Assembly: GCA_034530875.2 (NCBI GenBank)
Contig: JAVRCJ020000002.1
Location: forward strand, 224,001 to 288,000
Direction of reading: 5' to 3'
DNA length: 64,000 nt
DNA from: Nostoc sp. DedSLP01
GTDB lineage: Bacteria > Cyanobacteriota > Cyanobacteriia > Cyanobacteriales > Nostocaceae
Shown here: positions 1 to 9,458 of the stretch, piece by piece
How the letters are laid out: each line of letters opens with the position of its first letter
Numbering within the stretch: position 1 is the first letter of the stretch
Translations under genes and position numbers: made by a program
The notes under the pieces: model-generated
The model's database searches: none
What the model was told of the DNA's origin: nothing
The model's input: only the letters and a program-made list of their open reading frames with translations

Positions 1-360
1 ATGTTAACCACAAATGCGATCGCCAGATTACTACATAGTATTATCGGTGGTGTCGCAGTTTCCAGTGCGCGATCGCAAGCGATGATGGGCTTACTCAAAC
101 GCAATCTCCAAAATTTGCCTACCGATGCCGAAGAAGACCAAATAACAGGTTTTTTAGGCGGTGGACTGCCTAAAGATGCCCAAATTTGGTCAAAAGCCGG
201 TTGGACAAGTCAAGTTCGCCATGACGTCGCGTATATTGAGTTACCAAACCAGCGCCCTTATCTTTTAGTAGTATTTACTGAAGGCAAAGCCCAGGCTAAA
301 AATCGGGAAATTGTACCCTTTGTTTCCAAGCTAATTGTAGAAGCGATTAGTAGTTTGTAA
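1..360 (+). CDS. Serine hydrolase / class A beta-lactamase-like protein, C-terminal part (truncated by window edge)
   Basis: SKAGWTSQVRHDVAYI resembles the KTG-motif strand and the following HD-x-A strand of Beta-lactamase2 family proteins. Confidence 0.75.
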   Translation: MLTTNAIARLLHSIIGGVAVSSARSQAMMGLLKRNLQNLPTDAEEDQITGFLGGGLPKDAQIWSKAGWTSQVRHDVAYIELPNQRPYLLVVFTEGKAQAKNREIVPFVSKLIVEAISSL

Positions 361-409
361 AGGGAACTGCACATTGGGCATGGGGCATGGGGCATAGGGT
401 AAGTTAAAT

Positions 410-991
410 TTATCCCTTTTCCCCTATCCCCAATCCCTTTTTATTTTTAACCTGTCTGTAGATAGATGCGATATTGCGAGCATCATCAATGCCACGATGG
501 TGCGTACCTTGTAATTCTAGCCCCAACCGATCGAGAGCTTGTGCCATACCAAATTTTTTAGACACGCCAAGGTATTTGGAAAATTCTTCTTTGATGTTGA
601 TGTGTTCTGAACTAAAAGGATAGGGAAAATTATGAAACTTGCAATCTTGAATAAATTGGTTTTTGTCATAATTGCCCCAAGAACAAAAAATATGGTTGGG
701 AAATAAATCAATCCATTCTTGAAAGCGAGACATTGCCTCTACAAATTTTGGCGCTTCATCAACATCTTGCTGCCGAATAGTAGTTAATTCTGTACAAAAA
801 GCTGTCAGTTGGGGATGTCTGATAGGTTGGATGAATTGCTGAAAATCTGAATCAATTTCCCAGGTTTCTCGATTGAGCATTACTGCACCAATTTCAATAA
901 TTTCCATTTCATGACGGGGAACAGTCCCCTTATCGCAGCATGTAGCCTCTAAATCAATTATTAAATAATAGTGGGATTTTTTAGTTTTCAT
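410..991 (-). CDS. DEDDh 3'-5' exonuclease (ERI-1/KapD-like)
   Basis: IIDLEATC (ExoI), SWGNYD (ExoII) and HHRGIDDARN (ExoIII) motifs. Confidence 0.9.
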   Translation of the reverse strand: MKTKKSHYYLIIDLEATCCDKGTVPRHEMEIIEIGAVMLNRETWEIDSDFQQFIQPIRHPQLTAFCTELTTIRQQDVDEAPKFVEAMSRFQEWIDLFPNHIFCSWGNYDKNQFIQDCKFHNFPYPFSSEHINIKEEFSKYLGVSKKFGMAQALDRLGLELQGTHHRGIDDARNIASIYRQVKNKKGLGIGEKG

Positions 992-1149
992 TTAGTTAAA
1001 AAAATTAATTAATATCGGTAATTATTTATACCTATTCTTTCAAGCCACACATTTTTGTAATTTTTATATAACAATTATACTACAAAAGGTAATGGTTGCA
1101 GATTTTTATCTATTTATGTGCAGCAGCACAGTTAGTTGTGCTACGGCGC

Positions 1150-1611
1150 TTAAGTTGATGAAAAAGGCTTAACCCTATTCAGTTGCATCGCAATATCGAG
1201 AGCGATCGCTGCTATTCCAAAGCACAAAACACTTTCTGCGGCTAATATTAAAAAAGGCCAAATCGTGCTGTGCAAATTCCATCCAAGTTCTATTTGGGTT
1301 AATCCGCGCACCAAGCCAAAAGCCATTACACCACCGGCTTTGAGTTGAGGATTTTTATCCGAACGGATGATATAGCGGTAAGTGACACCAAATAGAAAAC
1401 CAGTCAAAGCTGCAACAGCAGCGCTAATCCATAAATGCCAATTAAATTCACTTTGCAGACTTGCGAGTATCGGAAAATACTTTGCCACTACTAAAGTATT
1501 GACAACACTAGCGATCGCAAAGCTAGAAAATAGGAAAAAACCTCCGACTATCCCAGCCTTGAGAGATTCTAGGCGTTCTGCCATTAATTGAGGATTGGAA
1601 ATTGCGTTCAC
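1150..1611 (-). CDS. Conserved cyanobacterial membrane protein
   Basis: About 4 hydrophobic segments; LFGVTYRY..R.D.N.QLK.G.V.AFGLVRGL motif recognised from cyanobacterial/plastid hypotheticals. Confidence 0.7.
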   Translation of the reverse strand: MNAISNPQLMAERLESLKAGIVGGFFLFSSFAIASVVNTLVVAKYFPILASLQSEFNWHLWISAAVAALTGFLFGVTYRYIIRSDKNPQLKAGGVMAFGLVRGLTQIELGWNLHSTIWPFLILAAESVLCFGIAAIALDIAMQLNRVKPFSST

Positions 1612-1698
1612 GATGTATATAAATTAGGGATTGGCGATTATATCATCTGAAATCAATTTAAATAAAGAATGGGAGAATTTTGTAATTCAATACTGCTC

Positions 1699-2961
1699 TT
1701 ATATGGGAATTTTGATGGTAAATTCGGTTCCCATACCTGGTTGAGAGTGTACCTCTAATTGACCTTTGTGTTTTTCTACAACTATTTGATATGCGATGGA
1801 CAAGCCAAGTCCAGTGCCTTTACCAACAGTTTTTGTAGTAAATAATGGTTCAAATAAGCGTTGTTTCAAACGTTCGGGAATACCAATCCCATTGTCAGCA
1901 ATCCGAATTATAGCGAATTGTTCGGAATTTATTGCTGTTCTAATTTGAATCTCAGGAATTATATGGCTGATTTTGCCTTGCAAGATCGCTTCATCCAGGG
2001 CATCAATCGCGTTTGCGAGAATATTCATAAATACTTGGTTCATCTGCCCTAAAAAACAATTGACTTGTGGTAATTCTCCATAATTTTTAATAACTTCAAT
2101 GGCGGGGCGATCGCTATTAGCTTTCAAGCGGTGTTGTAAAATCATCAGTGTGCTATCTAGCCCTTGGTGTAAATCAGCAGATATTTTGGCATCACTGTCT
2201 GAACGAGAGAAGTTGCGGAGTGAAGTAGAAAGGTTGCGAATTCGTTCGCTTCCTAATTCAAGTGAGTCCAAGATTTTGGTTATATCTTCAAGAACAAAAT
2301 CCAGATCCAATTTCTTAATAGCGCTGGTAAGTTTGGTTGTTGGGTTTGGATATTCTTGTTGATACAGCAAAAGCAACTCGCTTATCCCTGCTATGTATTC
2401 TTGCAAAGGTGGAATATTGCTGGAAATAAAGTTAATGGGATTATTGATTTCATGACCGATACCAGCAACTAACTCTCCGAGTGTTGATAGTTTTTCTTGC
2501 TGTACCAGTTTGACTTGAGCTTGTTGCAAAGCCTTAGTGCGATCGCTCACTTTTTGTTCCAAAGATTCAGTCAATTGTTTGAGTTGTAAATGCACGCGTA
2601 CTCTAGCAATAACTTCCTCTTGTGCAAACGGTTTGGGGATATAGTCTACTGCACCAAGGGCAAATCCCTTAGTTTTGCTTTCAGTATCTGCTAAAGCAGT
2701 GGTAAAAATAATCGGAATGTTCTGAGTAGTAGGATTGGCTTTGAGGCGACGACAAGTTTCAAATCCGTCAATACCAGGCATTTGTACGTCCAGTAAAATC
2801 AACTCTGGTTGGTTGCGTTCAACTTGAGCGATCGCACTTTCTCCATCCACTGCAACGCGGAAACGAAAACCCTCACTATTGAGTGCTTCACACAGAAGAG
2901 ATAAATTTGTGGGATTATCATCCACAATTAAGATAAATCCAGTATTATTATTCTTATTCAT
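1699..2961 (-). CDS. Receiver domain + histidine kinase hybrid
   Basis: N-terminal REC (ILIVDD, LLDVQMP, YIPKPF); H-box HEINNP; N/G boxes (NAIDA, DNGIGI, GKGTGLGL); ATG at 2961 preferred over the TTG at 2973. Confidence 0.92.
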   Translation of the reverse strand: MNKNNNTGFILIVDDNPTNLSLLCEALNSEGFRFRVAVDGESAIAQVERNQPELILLDVQMPGIDGFETCRRLKANPTTQNIPIIFTTALADTESKTKGFALGAVDYIPKPFAQEEVIARVRVHLQLKQLTESLEQKVSDRTKALQQAQVKLVQQEKLSTLGELVAGIGHEINNPINFISSNIPPLQEYIAGISELLLLYQQEYPNPTTKLTSAIKKLDLDFVLEDITKILDSLELGSERIRNLSTSLRNFSRSDSDAKISADLHQGLDSTLMILQHRLKANSDRPAIEVIKNYGELPQVNCFLGQMNQVFMNILANAIDALDEAILQGKISHIIPEIQIRTAINSEQFAIIRIADNGIGIPERLKQRLFEPLFTTKTVGKGTGLGLSIAYQIVVEKHKGQLEVHSQPGMGTEFTIKIPI

Positions 2962-2991
2962 GATAAATTTCAAACTTACATTAAACTTAAA

Positions 2992-4878
2992 CTAATTTAA
3001 ATTTTCTTCGATAAAATTTTCCAAGCGTTTAAGTTGAAAATTACTAGCAAGCTGGACAACTTTTTGAGCAAAAAATCTTAATGTTTCGTCATAAATAGAA
3101 AGTTGTTCGGCTAGTTCTAAAACATTTTGAATGTCGCCATCTTTGACGAAATCAAGTAACTCTTTTAACACATCATTAGCAGGATAAATTATTTCATTAT
3201 CTTCCTCTAAAGCATTTGTTTTATTTTTTGAGTTTACATCTAGCTTCTCGTCAAAAATCCATTGCAGTTGCAAAAATTGTCGGAGCATTTCCAGCAGTAC
3301 TTCAGCTTCTATAGGCTTTGGTAGAAATGCATCTGCACCGACATCAATGCTCTTGTGCTGGTCGATTGCAAACACGCTGGCAGACGAAGCAATGATAGCA
3401 ATCTTTTGAAATTGGTCTGACTGACGCAAACGATTAATTAACTCAAATCCATCTAATATTGGCATTACTAAGTCTGTGATAACCAAGTCTGGTTTATGGA
3501 TTAGAGCCTGTTCCCATGCTTCCTGACCGTGACAAGCTTCTACGACAGTAAACCCAACTGGCTCTAGTAAATTTACAATTACTGCTCGGTTTTCCCATTT
3601 ATCATCTGCAATTAAAATGGTGCGTCTTTGTCCCAGATAGCCAAGAATTGTTCCTTGCTCAAGTACTCTCGAAACCTTTGCCCAGTCTTTAGATTCTACG
3701 AATTGTACCTCAAACCAGAAACTACTACCTTTGCCTAAAGTACTTTTTACCTGAATTTGGCCGCCCATTAACAAAACAATTTTTTGGCTAATTGCTAATC
3801 CTAAACCTGTGCCTTCAGATTGTCGTTTCTGATTGCCTACTTGCTCAAAAGGCTGGAAGATTTTCTCGGCTTGTTCGGGTTTTATACCTGTACCGGTATC
3901 TATTACCTCAAAGCGAATTTTGTAGTTAGTTTTTCCATTAGTATTTAATTCTCGATTGACGATCTGAACTTTAAAGGTGACACTGCCTTCTTGGGTAAAT
4001 TTAATTGCATTACTAAGTAAATTAATCAGTACTTGTCGTAGGCGTTTTTCATCACCGTGAATACCTGTTGGTAAATCGGGATCGATTTGGACATCAAAGG
4101 CAATGACCTTTTGTTCTGCACGGATGCGGCAAATTTCAGTCACGCTATCAATAAAGGCAGGCAAGTAAAAATCAACAGGATACAATTCGAGTCTGCGAGC
4201 TTCGATTTTGGAAAGATCGAGAACATCATTAATCAATGTTAAAAGATGAGAACCACATTGATAAATGACGCCCAGTCCTTTGCGTCCTTTTTCAGTCAGA
4301 GATTCTGTGCGTTGCAGGATTTGTGTATAGCCCAGGATGCCGTTGAGGGGTGTACGTAATTCATGACTCATATTCGCCAAAAATTCACTCTTGGCCTGGC
4401 TGGAATTTTGAGCGACTTCTTCAGCTTTGCGTAATTCTTTTTCAATGCGCTTGCGCTGTAAAATTTCAGTAGAAAGCACTCTATTGATAGCTTCTAACTG
4501 TGCTGGACTGGGTAGCGTCAGGGCTTGAGGCATTAGAGAAACTAAAGCAAATGCCGTGTATATGGAAATAATCGCAGTTAGAGCTTTTACACAACCTGCA
4601 ACCCAATAATCCGGATGCCAAAGCGTCCAAATATCCATTAAGTGTCCAGTTCCGCAGGCAATGATAAAAGTACTAAATAACACAAAGACTCCATTGAAAG
4701 GAACGTCTTGGCGCTTGGAAATAAAGTAAATCAGTAGAAAGGGAATGGAATAATAGGCAAGAGCGATTGTGGCATCAGAAATAATGTGGAGCCAAACTAA
4801 TCCAGTTTTCCACAGATAACAATGTCCGTGGGGAATAAAACCATCAGAATGGAAAGCGTTGGTGAGAAATGTCGGCAT
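2992..4878 (-). CDS. Ethylene-receptor-like hybrid histidine kinase (3-TM ethylene-binding domain + HisKA + HATPase + REC)
   Basis: ISDATIALAYYSIP and FIIACGTGHL match ETR1 helices 1-2 (Asp, Tyr, Cys-x3-His); FLANMSHELRTP H-box; REC with DLVMP. Confidence 0.88.
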   Translation of the reverse strand: MPTFLTNAFHSDGFIPHGHCYLWKTGLVWLHIISDATIALAYYSIPFLLIYFISKRQDVPFNGVFVLFSTFIIACGTGHLMDIWTLWHPDYWVAGCVKALTAIISIYTAFALVSLMPQALTLPSPAQLEAINRVLSTEILQRKRIEKELRKAEEVAQNSSQAKSEFLANMSHELRTPLNGILGYTQILQRTESLTEKGRKGLGVIYQCGSHLLTLINDVLDLSKIEARRLELYPVDFYLPAFIDSVTEICRIRAEQKVIAFDVQIDPDLPTGIHGDEKRLRQVLINLLSNAIKFTQEGSVTFKVQIVNRELNTNGKTNYKIRFEVIDTGTGIKPEQAEKIFQPFEQVGNQKRQSEGTGLGLAISQKIVLLMGGQIQVKSTLGKGSSFWFEVQFVESKDWAKVSRVLEQGTILGYLGQRRTILIADDKWENRAVIVNLLEPVGFTVVEACHGQEAWEQALIHKPDLVITDLVMPILDGFELINRLRQSDQFQKIAIIASSASVFAIDQHKSIDVGADAFLPKPIEAEVLLEMLRQFLQLQWIFDEKLDVNSKNKTNALEEDNEIIYPANDVLKELLDFVKDGDIQNVLELAEQLSIYDETLRFFAQKVVQLASNFQLKRLENFIEENLN

Positions 4879-5129
4879 TGGTTACTAGGGCTTGAGAAGA
4901 AATATATCTACATAACTTAATATTCCCAATCCAGCCACTAAAAAGCGCGATCGCTACTTTTTGCACTTGTCTTCAAAATGACTTAAATTCGTAATACTTA
5001 GACAAAGATGGTATTAGATTTATCATTATTTACAAAACTTACAACATCATTGATAAAAAAATCTCAGCCTGCCCTTTGCCAGTATGATGAATATTAGAAA
5101 CGTTTTGTAATTATTTGAAAAGTGGGACT

Positions 5130-5219
5130 ATGGAAATTTTGACACTAGGCTGGGTATCGCTGCTAGTTGTGTTTACTTGGTCAATTGCAATGGTAGTTTG
5201 GGGACGTAACGGACTGTAG
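5130..5219 (+). CDS. petN: Cytochrome b6f subunit VIII (PetN)
   Basis: Translates to [29 protein letters not shown]; not in the ORF track. Confidence 0.97.
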   Translation: MEILTLGWVSLLVVFTWSIAMVVWGRNGL

Positions 5220-5223
5220 AGGC

Positions 5224-5388
5224 ATGGTAGAAAATCCATTCCTGAGTATTTTGGCTTTAGTTGCTATAGTGCTGCTGGTAGCAGTTACAGGTGGCGTTGG
5301 TTATTTAACCTTGGCTGATTGGCGCGATCGCCGTCGTCGAGATGAAGAAAAACGCACGACTCGCAGCACCACTCCTAAGCGGCGATAA
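5224..5388 (+). CDS. 54-aa single-TM protein directly downstream of petN
   Basis: MVENPFLSILALVAIVLLVAVTGGVGYLTLADWRDRRRRDEEKRTTRSTTPKRR*; starts 4 nt after the petN stop with GAGG just upstream. Confidence 0.8.
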   Translation: MVENPFLSILALVAIVLLVAVTGGVGYLTLADWRDRRRRDEEKRTTRSTTPKRR

Positions 5389-5414
5389 TTCGCTCGTAGT
5401 TAAAAAATCTTTTT

Positions 5415-5443
5415 GTAGGGGCATGATATTATCATGTCCCTAA
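5415..5443. repeat. GTAG-type REP-like hairpin (possible terminator for petN operon)
   Basis: TAGGG-GCATGAT-ATT-ATCATGT-CCCTA inverted repeat. Confidence 0.55.
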
Positions 5444-5609
5444 AATTTTGCATTTTTTTAGAGAAAAATCTATTTTTTACTGTTTTTTACCAAATTCCCA
5501 GTCCAGAATCGCCAGTCGCCAGTCCCTTTTACGCAGGTAATTGTTACCTTAGCGATGGTTAAGGGAATTATGAGATGGAGAACTTTTAATATTTAAAATT
5601 CCCCAGGGA

Positions 5610-8600
5610 ATGGAAAACTCCTCTATTATTCAACCCATAGAAGCAGATTCACAACAGCCAGAATCTCATTCTGACGCAACATTTTCCTTGCGTCAGAATG
5701 AGCATCAAAAAGCTTTATCTGGAGTTATAGCCCGAATTCGTGAATCTTTAGATATAAACGCCATATTCAAAATTACAGTTACAGAAGTGCGCCAGCTTCT
5801 GAAAAGCGATCGAGTCGGTGTATTCCGTTTTTATCCTGATTTGGAATGGGAAGGTGAATTTATCTATGAAGATGTGGGAGGTGAATGGAGTTCAGCACTA
5901 GCAGCCAAATTACACGATCACTGCTTTGGCGAAGAGTATGCAGAACTATATAAACAAGGTCGAATTAAAGCAACAACTGATATTTATCAAGGTAATGGCG
6001 CTGATTGCTACATTCAGATTCTAGAAAGATTTCAGGTACGTGCCAATATAGTTGCCCCATTGCTCAAAGGTAAAGATTTATGGGGATTGTTGTGTATTCA
6101 TCAGTGTAATAGTCCTCGGGAATGGGAAACATCAGAAATTGAGTTCGTACAACTCATTGCCGAACATCTAGGAGTAGCTTTACAGCAAGCAGATTACCTA
6201 GAACAAGTAAAACAACAATCAGCACAACTAGCACAAGCAAAAGCAAAAGAAAAAGCAGCAGAATGGCAGAGAACGATCGCCATAACTATTGAAAAAATTC
6301 GTCAGTCCCTAGACTTAGAAAGCATTTTCCGTACAAGTACAGTAGAACTCAGGCAGCTACTAAATGCCGATCGCGTCGGTATCTATCGCTTTAATCCAGA
6401 TTGGAGTGGTGAATTTGTATTTGAATCAGTAGCAGAAGGTTGGATCTCGCTGATAGACGAGCAATTGCGGCGACCGGAATTGCGCGACAACATCAGCGAA
6501 TGTAGCGCTAAAGATTTAGCTAAACCACCAACTACTGATACCTACTTACAAGAAACAGCAGGTGGGCGCTTCACCAGAAGCGAAGTCTACCGTATTTGTA
6601 ATGATATTTACAATGCAGGTTTTAACGACTGCTACATTAAAATTTTAGAAATCTATCAAGCAAGAGCTTACGCAATCATTGCTATTTACCACGGTCAAAA
6701 GCTCTGGGGCTTGCTAGCAGTCTACCAAAACACTGGAAGGCGTGATTGGCAAGAAGATGAGGTCTACTTACTCACCCAAGTTAGTACCCAGCTTGGTGTA
6801 GCTTTGCAACAAGCCGAATTTTTACAGCAAATGCAGATTCAAGCAGCACAGATCGGTAAAGCTGCTGAAAGGCAAAGAGCCTTGGCGAACACCGTAGAAA
6901 AAATTCGTCAGTCACTTGACATTGAAGCTATTTTTAAAACCACTACTCAAGAAGTCCGACGGCTATTAGAAGTAGAAAGAGTGGCAATTTATCGCTTTTA
7001 TCCAGACTGGAGTGGTGAATTTGTCGCTGATTCCATTGTTGATGGTTGGACGCCATTGGTTAAGCCGCAGCCTGTGACGGAAACTGTTCTTGTACAAGGA
7101 ACGCAAGCAGGTAAATATGCACGTCATGAGGTTTTTGTACCTATTTCTCAGGGTGAGAAACTGTGGGGATTGCTAGTAGCTTATCAAAACTCCCAACCTC
7201 GTTATTGGCAAGATGAGGAAGTCAACTTGCTAGCACAAGTTGGCGTTCAATTGGGGGTGGCGTTACAGCAAGCTGAATCCTTGAGACAGGTGCAGGCGCA
7301 AGCCCAGAAGTTGGCTAAAGCTGCCGGTAGAGAGAAAGCCCTAGCCGCAACAGTGGAGAAAATTCGCCAATCTCTCGATATTGATACCATTTTTGCCACT
7401 AGTACAGAAGAAGTCCAACGGCTATTAGAAGTCGATCGCGTGACAATCTATCGCTTCCAGGCTGATTGGAGTGGAGAATTTGTAGCTGAGTCTTTAGCCC
7501 AGGGTTGGATACCAATTAGAGAACTTGTAGGTGCGATGTCTACGACGGTCTACGCATCTGATGAGTTGCAAAATAGCCAAGGCGGAGACTTTGCTCAAGG
7601 TAAAATTCTTGTCGTTAAGGATACTTACAAGGCTAATGATTCTATTTCTCATACACCTCTAATCGAGCTAATAGAGGCTAGGGCATATATGATTGTGCCG
7701 ATTTTTCAAGGCGAGAAACTCTGGGGATTGCTAGCAGCGTATCAAAATATTCAACCTCGTGATTGGCAAGAGGATGAAGTAGATTTACTGATGCAGATTG
7801 GTACTCAGTTAGGCGTGGGACTTCAGCAAGCAGAATTACTCGAACAAACTCAACGTCAAAAGGAAGAACTCACCCAGACTCTAAAAGAATTACGGCAAAC
7901 TCAAAGCCAGTTGATTCAAAGCGAAAAAATGGCAGGTTTAGGACAATTAGTTGCTGGGATAGCACATGAAATTAACAATCCAATTAGTTTCATTTACGGC
8001 AACATTACTTATGTTAACGAACATGCGGAAAATTTATTGAAATTACTACAAGTCTACGAAAAACGGTATCCCAAGCTAAGACAAGAAATTCAAAAACAAG
8101 CAGCCGAACTAGATTTAGATTATATTGCCGATGATTTGCCAAAAATTCTCAACTCAATGACAATGGGTGCAGAGAGAATTTCTCAATTAGTGTTGTCTTT
8201 ACGCAGTTTTTCTCGACTCGATGAAGCCGAAATGAAACCGGTTGACCTGCATGAAGGGATAGACAGCACTTTATTAATATTACAACATCGACTCAAACCG
8301 CAGGGTAATTCTTTTGCAATAGAAGTAGTTAAAGAATATGGGGATTTGCCTCCAGTAGTCTGTTATGCAGCACAGATGAATCAGGTATTTATGAATATTT
8401 TGAATAATGCGATCGATGCTCTAGAACACTCAGTAAATGTTGAGCAAATAATTAACAATCCTAAAATATGGGTGACGACAAAAGTCCAAGAATCGAATAC
8501 TATTTTGATATGTATCGCTGATAATGGTTGCGGTATTCCAGAGAGGGTGCGATCGCGGATTTTTGAACCCTTCTTTACTACCAAGCAACCCGGTCAAGGC

Positions 8601-8732
8601 ACTGGTTTAGGACTATCTATTAGCTATCAAATTATTGTGGATAAACACGGCGGTAATATCAAGTGTGTTTCTGAACCTGGTAAAGGTTGTGAGTTTTGGA
8701 TAGAAATTCCCATTAAACAAACGATTGCTTAA
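5610..8732 (+). CDS. Four-GAF cyanobacteriochrome-type sensor histidine kinase
   Basis: Four GAF repeats (IRQSLD...DRV.IYRF..DW.GEFV...LWGLL), HDHCF/DCY and DTYLQET/DCY bilin motifs, HEINNP H-box, HATPase. Confidence 0.92.
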   Translation: MENSSIIQPIEADSQQPESHSDATFSLRQNEHQKALSGVIARIRESLDINAIFKITVTEVRQLLKSDRVGVFRFYPDLEWEGEFIYEDVGGEWSSALAAKLHDHCFGEEYAELYKQGRIKATTDIYQGNGADCYIQILERFQVRANIVAPLLKGKDLWGLLCIHQCNSPREWETSEIEFVQLIAEHLGVALQQADYLEQVKQQSAQLAQAKAKEKAAEWQRTIAITIEKIRQSLDLESIFRTSTVELRQLLNADRVGIYRFNPDWSGEFVFESVAEGWISLIDEQLRRPELRDNISECSAKDLAKPPTTDTYLQETAGGRFTRSEVYRICNDIYNAGFNDCYIKILEIYQARAYAIIAIYHGQKLWGLLAVYQNTGRRDWQEDEVYLLTQVSTQLGVALQQAEFLQQMQIQAAQIGKAAERQRALANTVEKIRQSLDIEAIFKTTTQEVRRLLEVERVAIYRFYPDWSGEFVADSIVDGWTPLVKPQPVTETVLVQGTQAGKYARHEVFVPISQGEKLWGLLVAYQNSQPRYWQDEEVNLLAQVGVQLGVALQQAESLRQVQAQAQKLAKAAGREKALAATVEKIRQSLDIDTIFATSTEEVQRLLEVDRVTIYRFQADWSGEFVAESLAQGWIPIRELVGAMSTTVYASDELQNSQGGDFAQGKILVVKDTYKANDSISHTPLIELIEARAYMIVPIFQGEKLWGLLAAYQNIQPRDWQEDEVDLLMQIGTQLGVGLQQAELLEQTQRQKEELTQTLKELRQTQSQLIQSEKMAGLGQLVAGIAHEINNPISFIYGNITYVNEHAENLLKLLQVYEKRYPKLRQEIQKQAAELDLDYIADDLPKILNSMTMGAERISQLVLSLRSFSRLDEAEMKPVDLHEGIDSTLLILQHRLKPQGNSFAIEVVKEYGDLPPVVCYAAQMNQVFMNILNNAIDALEHSVNVEQIINNPKIWVTTKVQESNTILICIADNGCGIPERVRSRIFEPFFTTKQPGQGTGLGLSISYQIIVDKHGGNIKCVSEPGKGCEFWIEIPIKQTIA
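7533..7555 (+). repeat. Small dispersed repeat inserted in-frame into a HIP1 site
   Basis: GCGAT|GTCTACGACGGTCTA|CGC = HIP1 split by 15 nt resembling the cyanobacterial GTCTACGACGGGCTACGCCTA repeat. Confidence 0.7.
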
Positions 8733-8961
8733 AAAATAGCGTTGATGTTATATCTTATTGGCTTTTTTTATCACGCAGGGGGGCAGAGAACGCAGAGGAA
8801 TAAGAGGGCAATCGTATTTGAATAAAAATTTAGCGATCGCTTTTATTATGAAGGTGCAATTAGGTGATGACATTTGAATAAAAATTTAGCGATCGCCTAG
8901 CTTATAAAATCAGATTAAGTAATACAAAATAAGCGAGTCACTTTGTCAACACGCTACCCAT

Positions 8962-9180
8962 TTAAGCCACCTTACAAACGGTCGGTTTTGGAAGTGCTTC
9001 CCCGGTAGCTTCATAAGCGATTATCAGTGACTCTAATGCTTCAGTACCATTTGCAACAGCTTCTTCATAAGTATCGCCATGCGTGCGAAAAGGCTGTCCA
9101 GGGAAATCGGGAAATCCGACTAAAAAGCAGTTGTCTTCATCAGACCATTGAATTAGCATTTGATATTTAAATTTGCTCAT
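8962..9180 (-). CDS. hicB: HicB-family antitoxin
   Basis: YQMLIQWSDEDNCFLVGFPDFPG...THGDTYEEAVANGTEALE...GEALPKP. Confidence 0.88.
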   Translation of the reverse strand: MSKFKYQMLIQWSDEDNCFLVGFPDFPGQPFRTHGDTYEEAVANGTEALESLIIAYEATGEALPKPTVCKVA

Positions 9181-9253
9181 CTTCTTGATTCTTTTGCTGT
9201 TTTTCTTCTACTTCTTTAATTGCTTGTTGAACGTCTTTCTCTTGATTGGCAAA
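9167..9253 (-). pseudogene. 3' remnant of hicA toxin gene
   Basis: Frame reads NQEKDVQQAIKEVEEKQQKNQEDEQI* and overlaps the hicB ATG; resembles the HicA C-terminal helix (YQEK.V..AI); in-frame TGA upstream, no start codon. Confidence 0.55.
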
Positions 9254-9458
9254 TCAGGAAATGCGGTACTCGAAGACGAATCCAAGGCGATCGCATCGTG
9301 GAGATTTTGCAGGCGATCGCTTTTTTTATCTCACGCAGAGGCGCGGAGAACGCAGAGGAAGAAGAGAAGAAGCAATACCTGTGGTAAACTACGCTAACTT
9401 ACACTGTAAATGCCGTATTTTGATTACGATTAGTAATATCTCGGCTCTCTTAACTTAT

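Noticed and set aside
5029..5046. TTACA direct repeat upstream of petN as HLR1
   Set aside because: Repeat period is 9 nt rather than the 10 nt of HLR1
9246..9458. N-terminal extension of the 161-aa ORF
   Set aside because: Runs through repeat DNA from a TTG; ATG 9459 gives a typical antitoxin size
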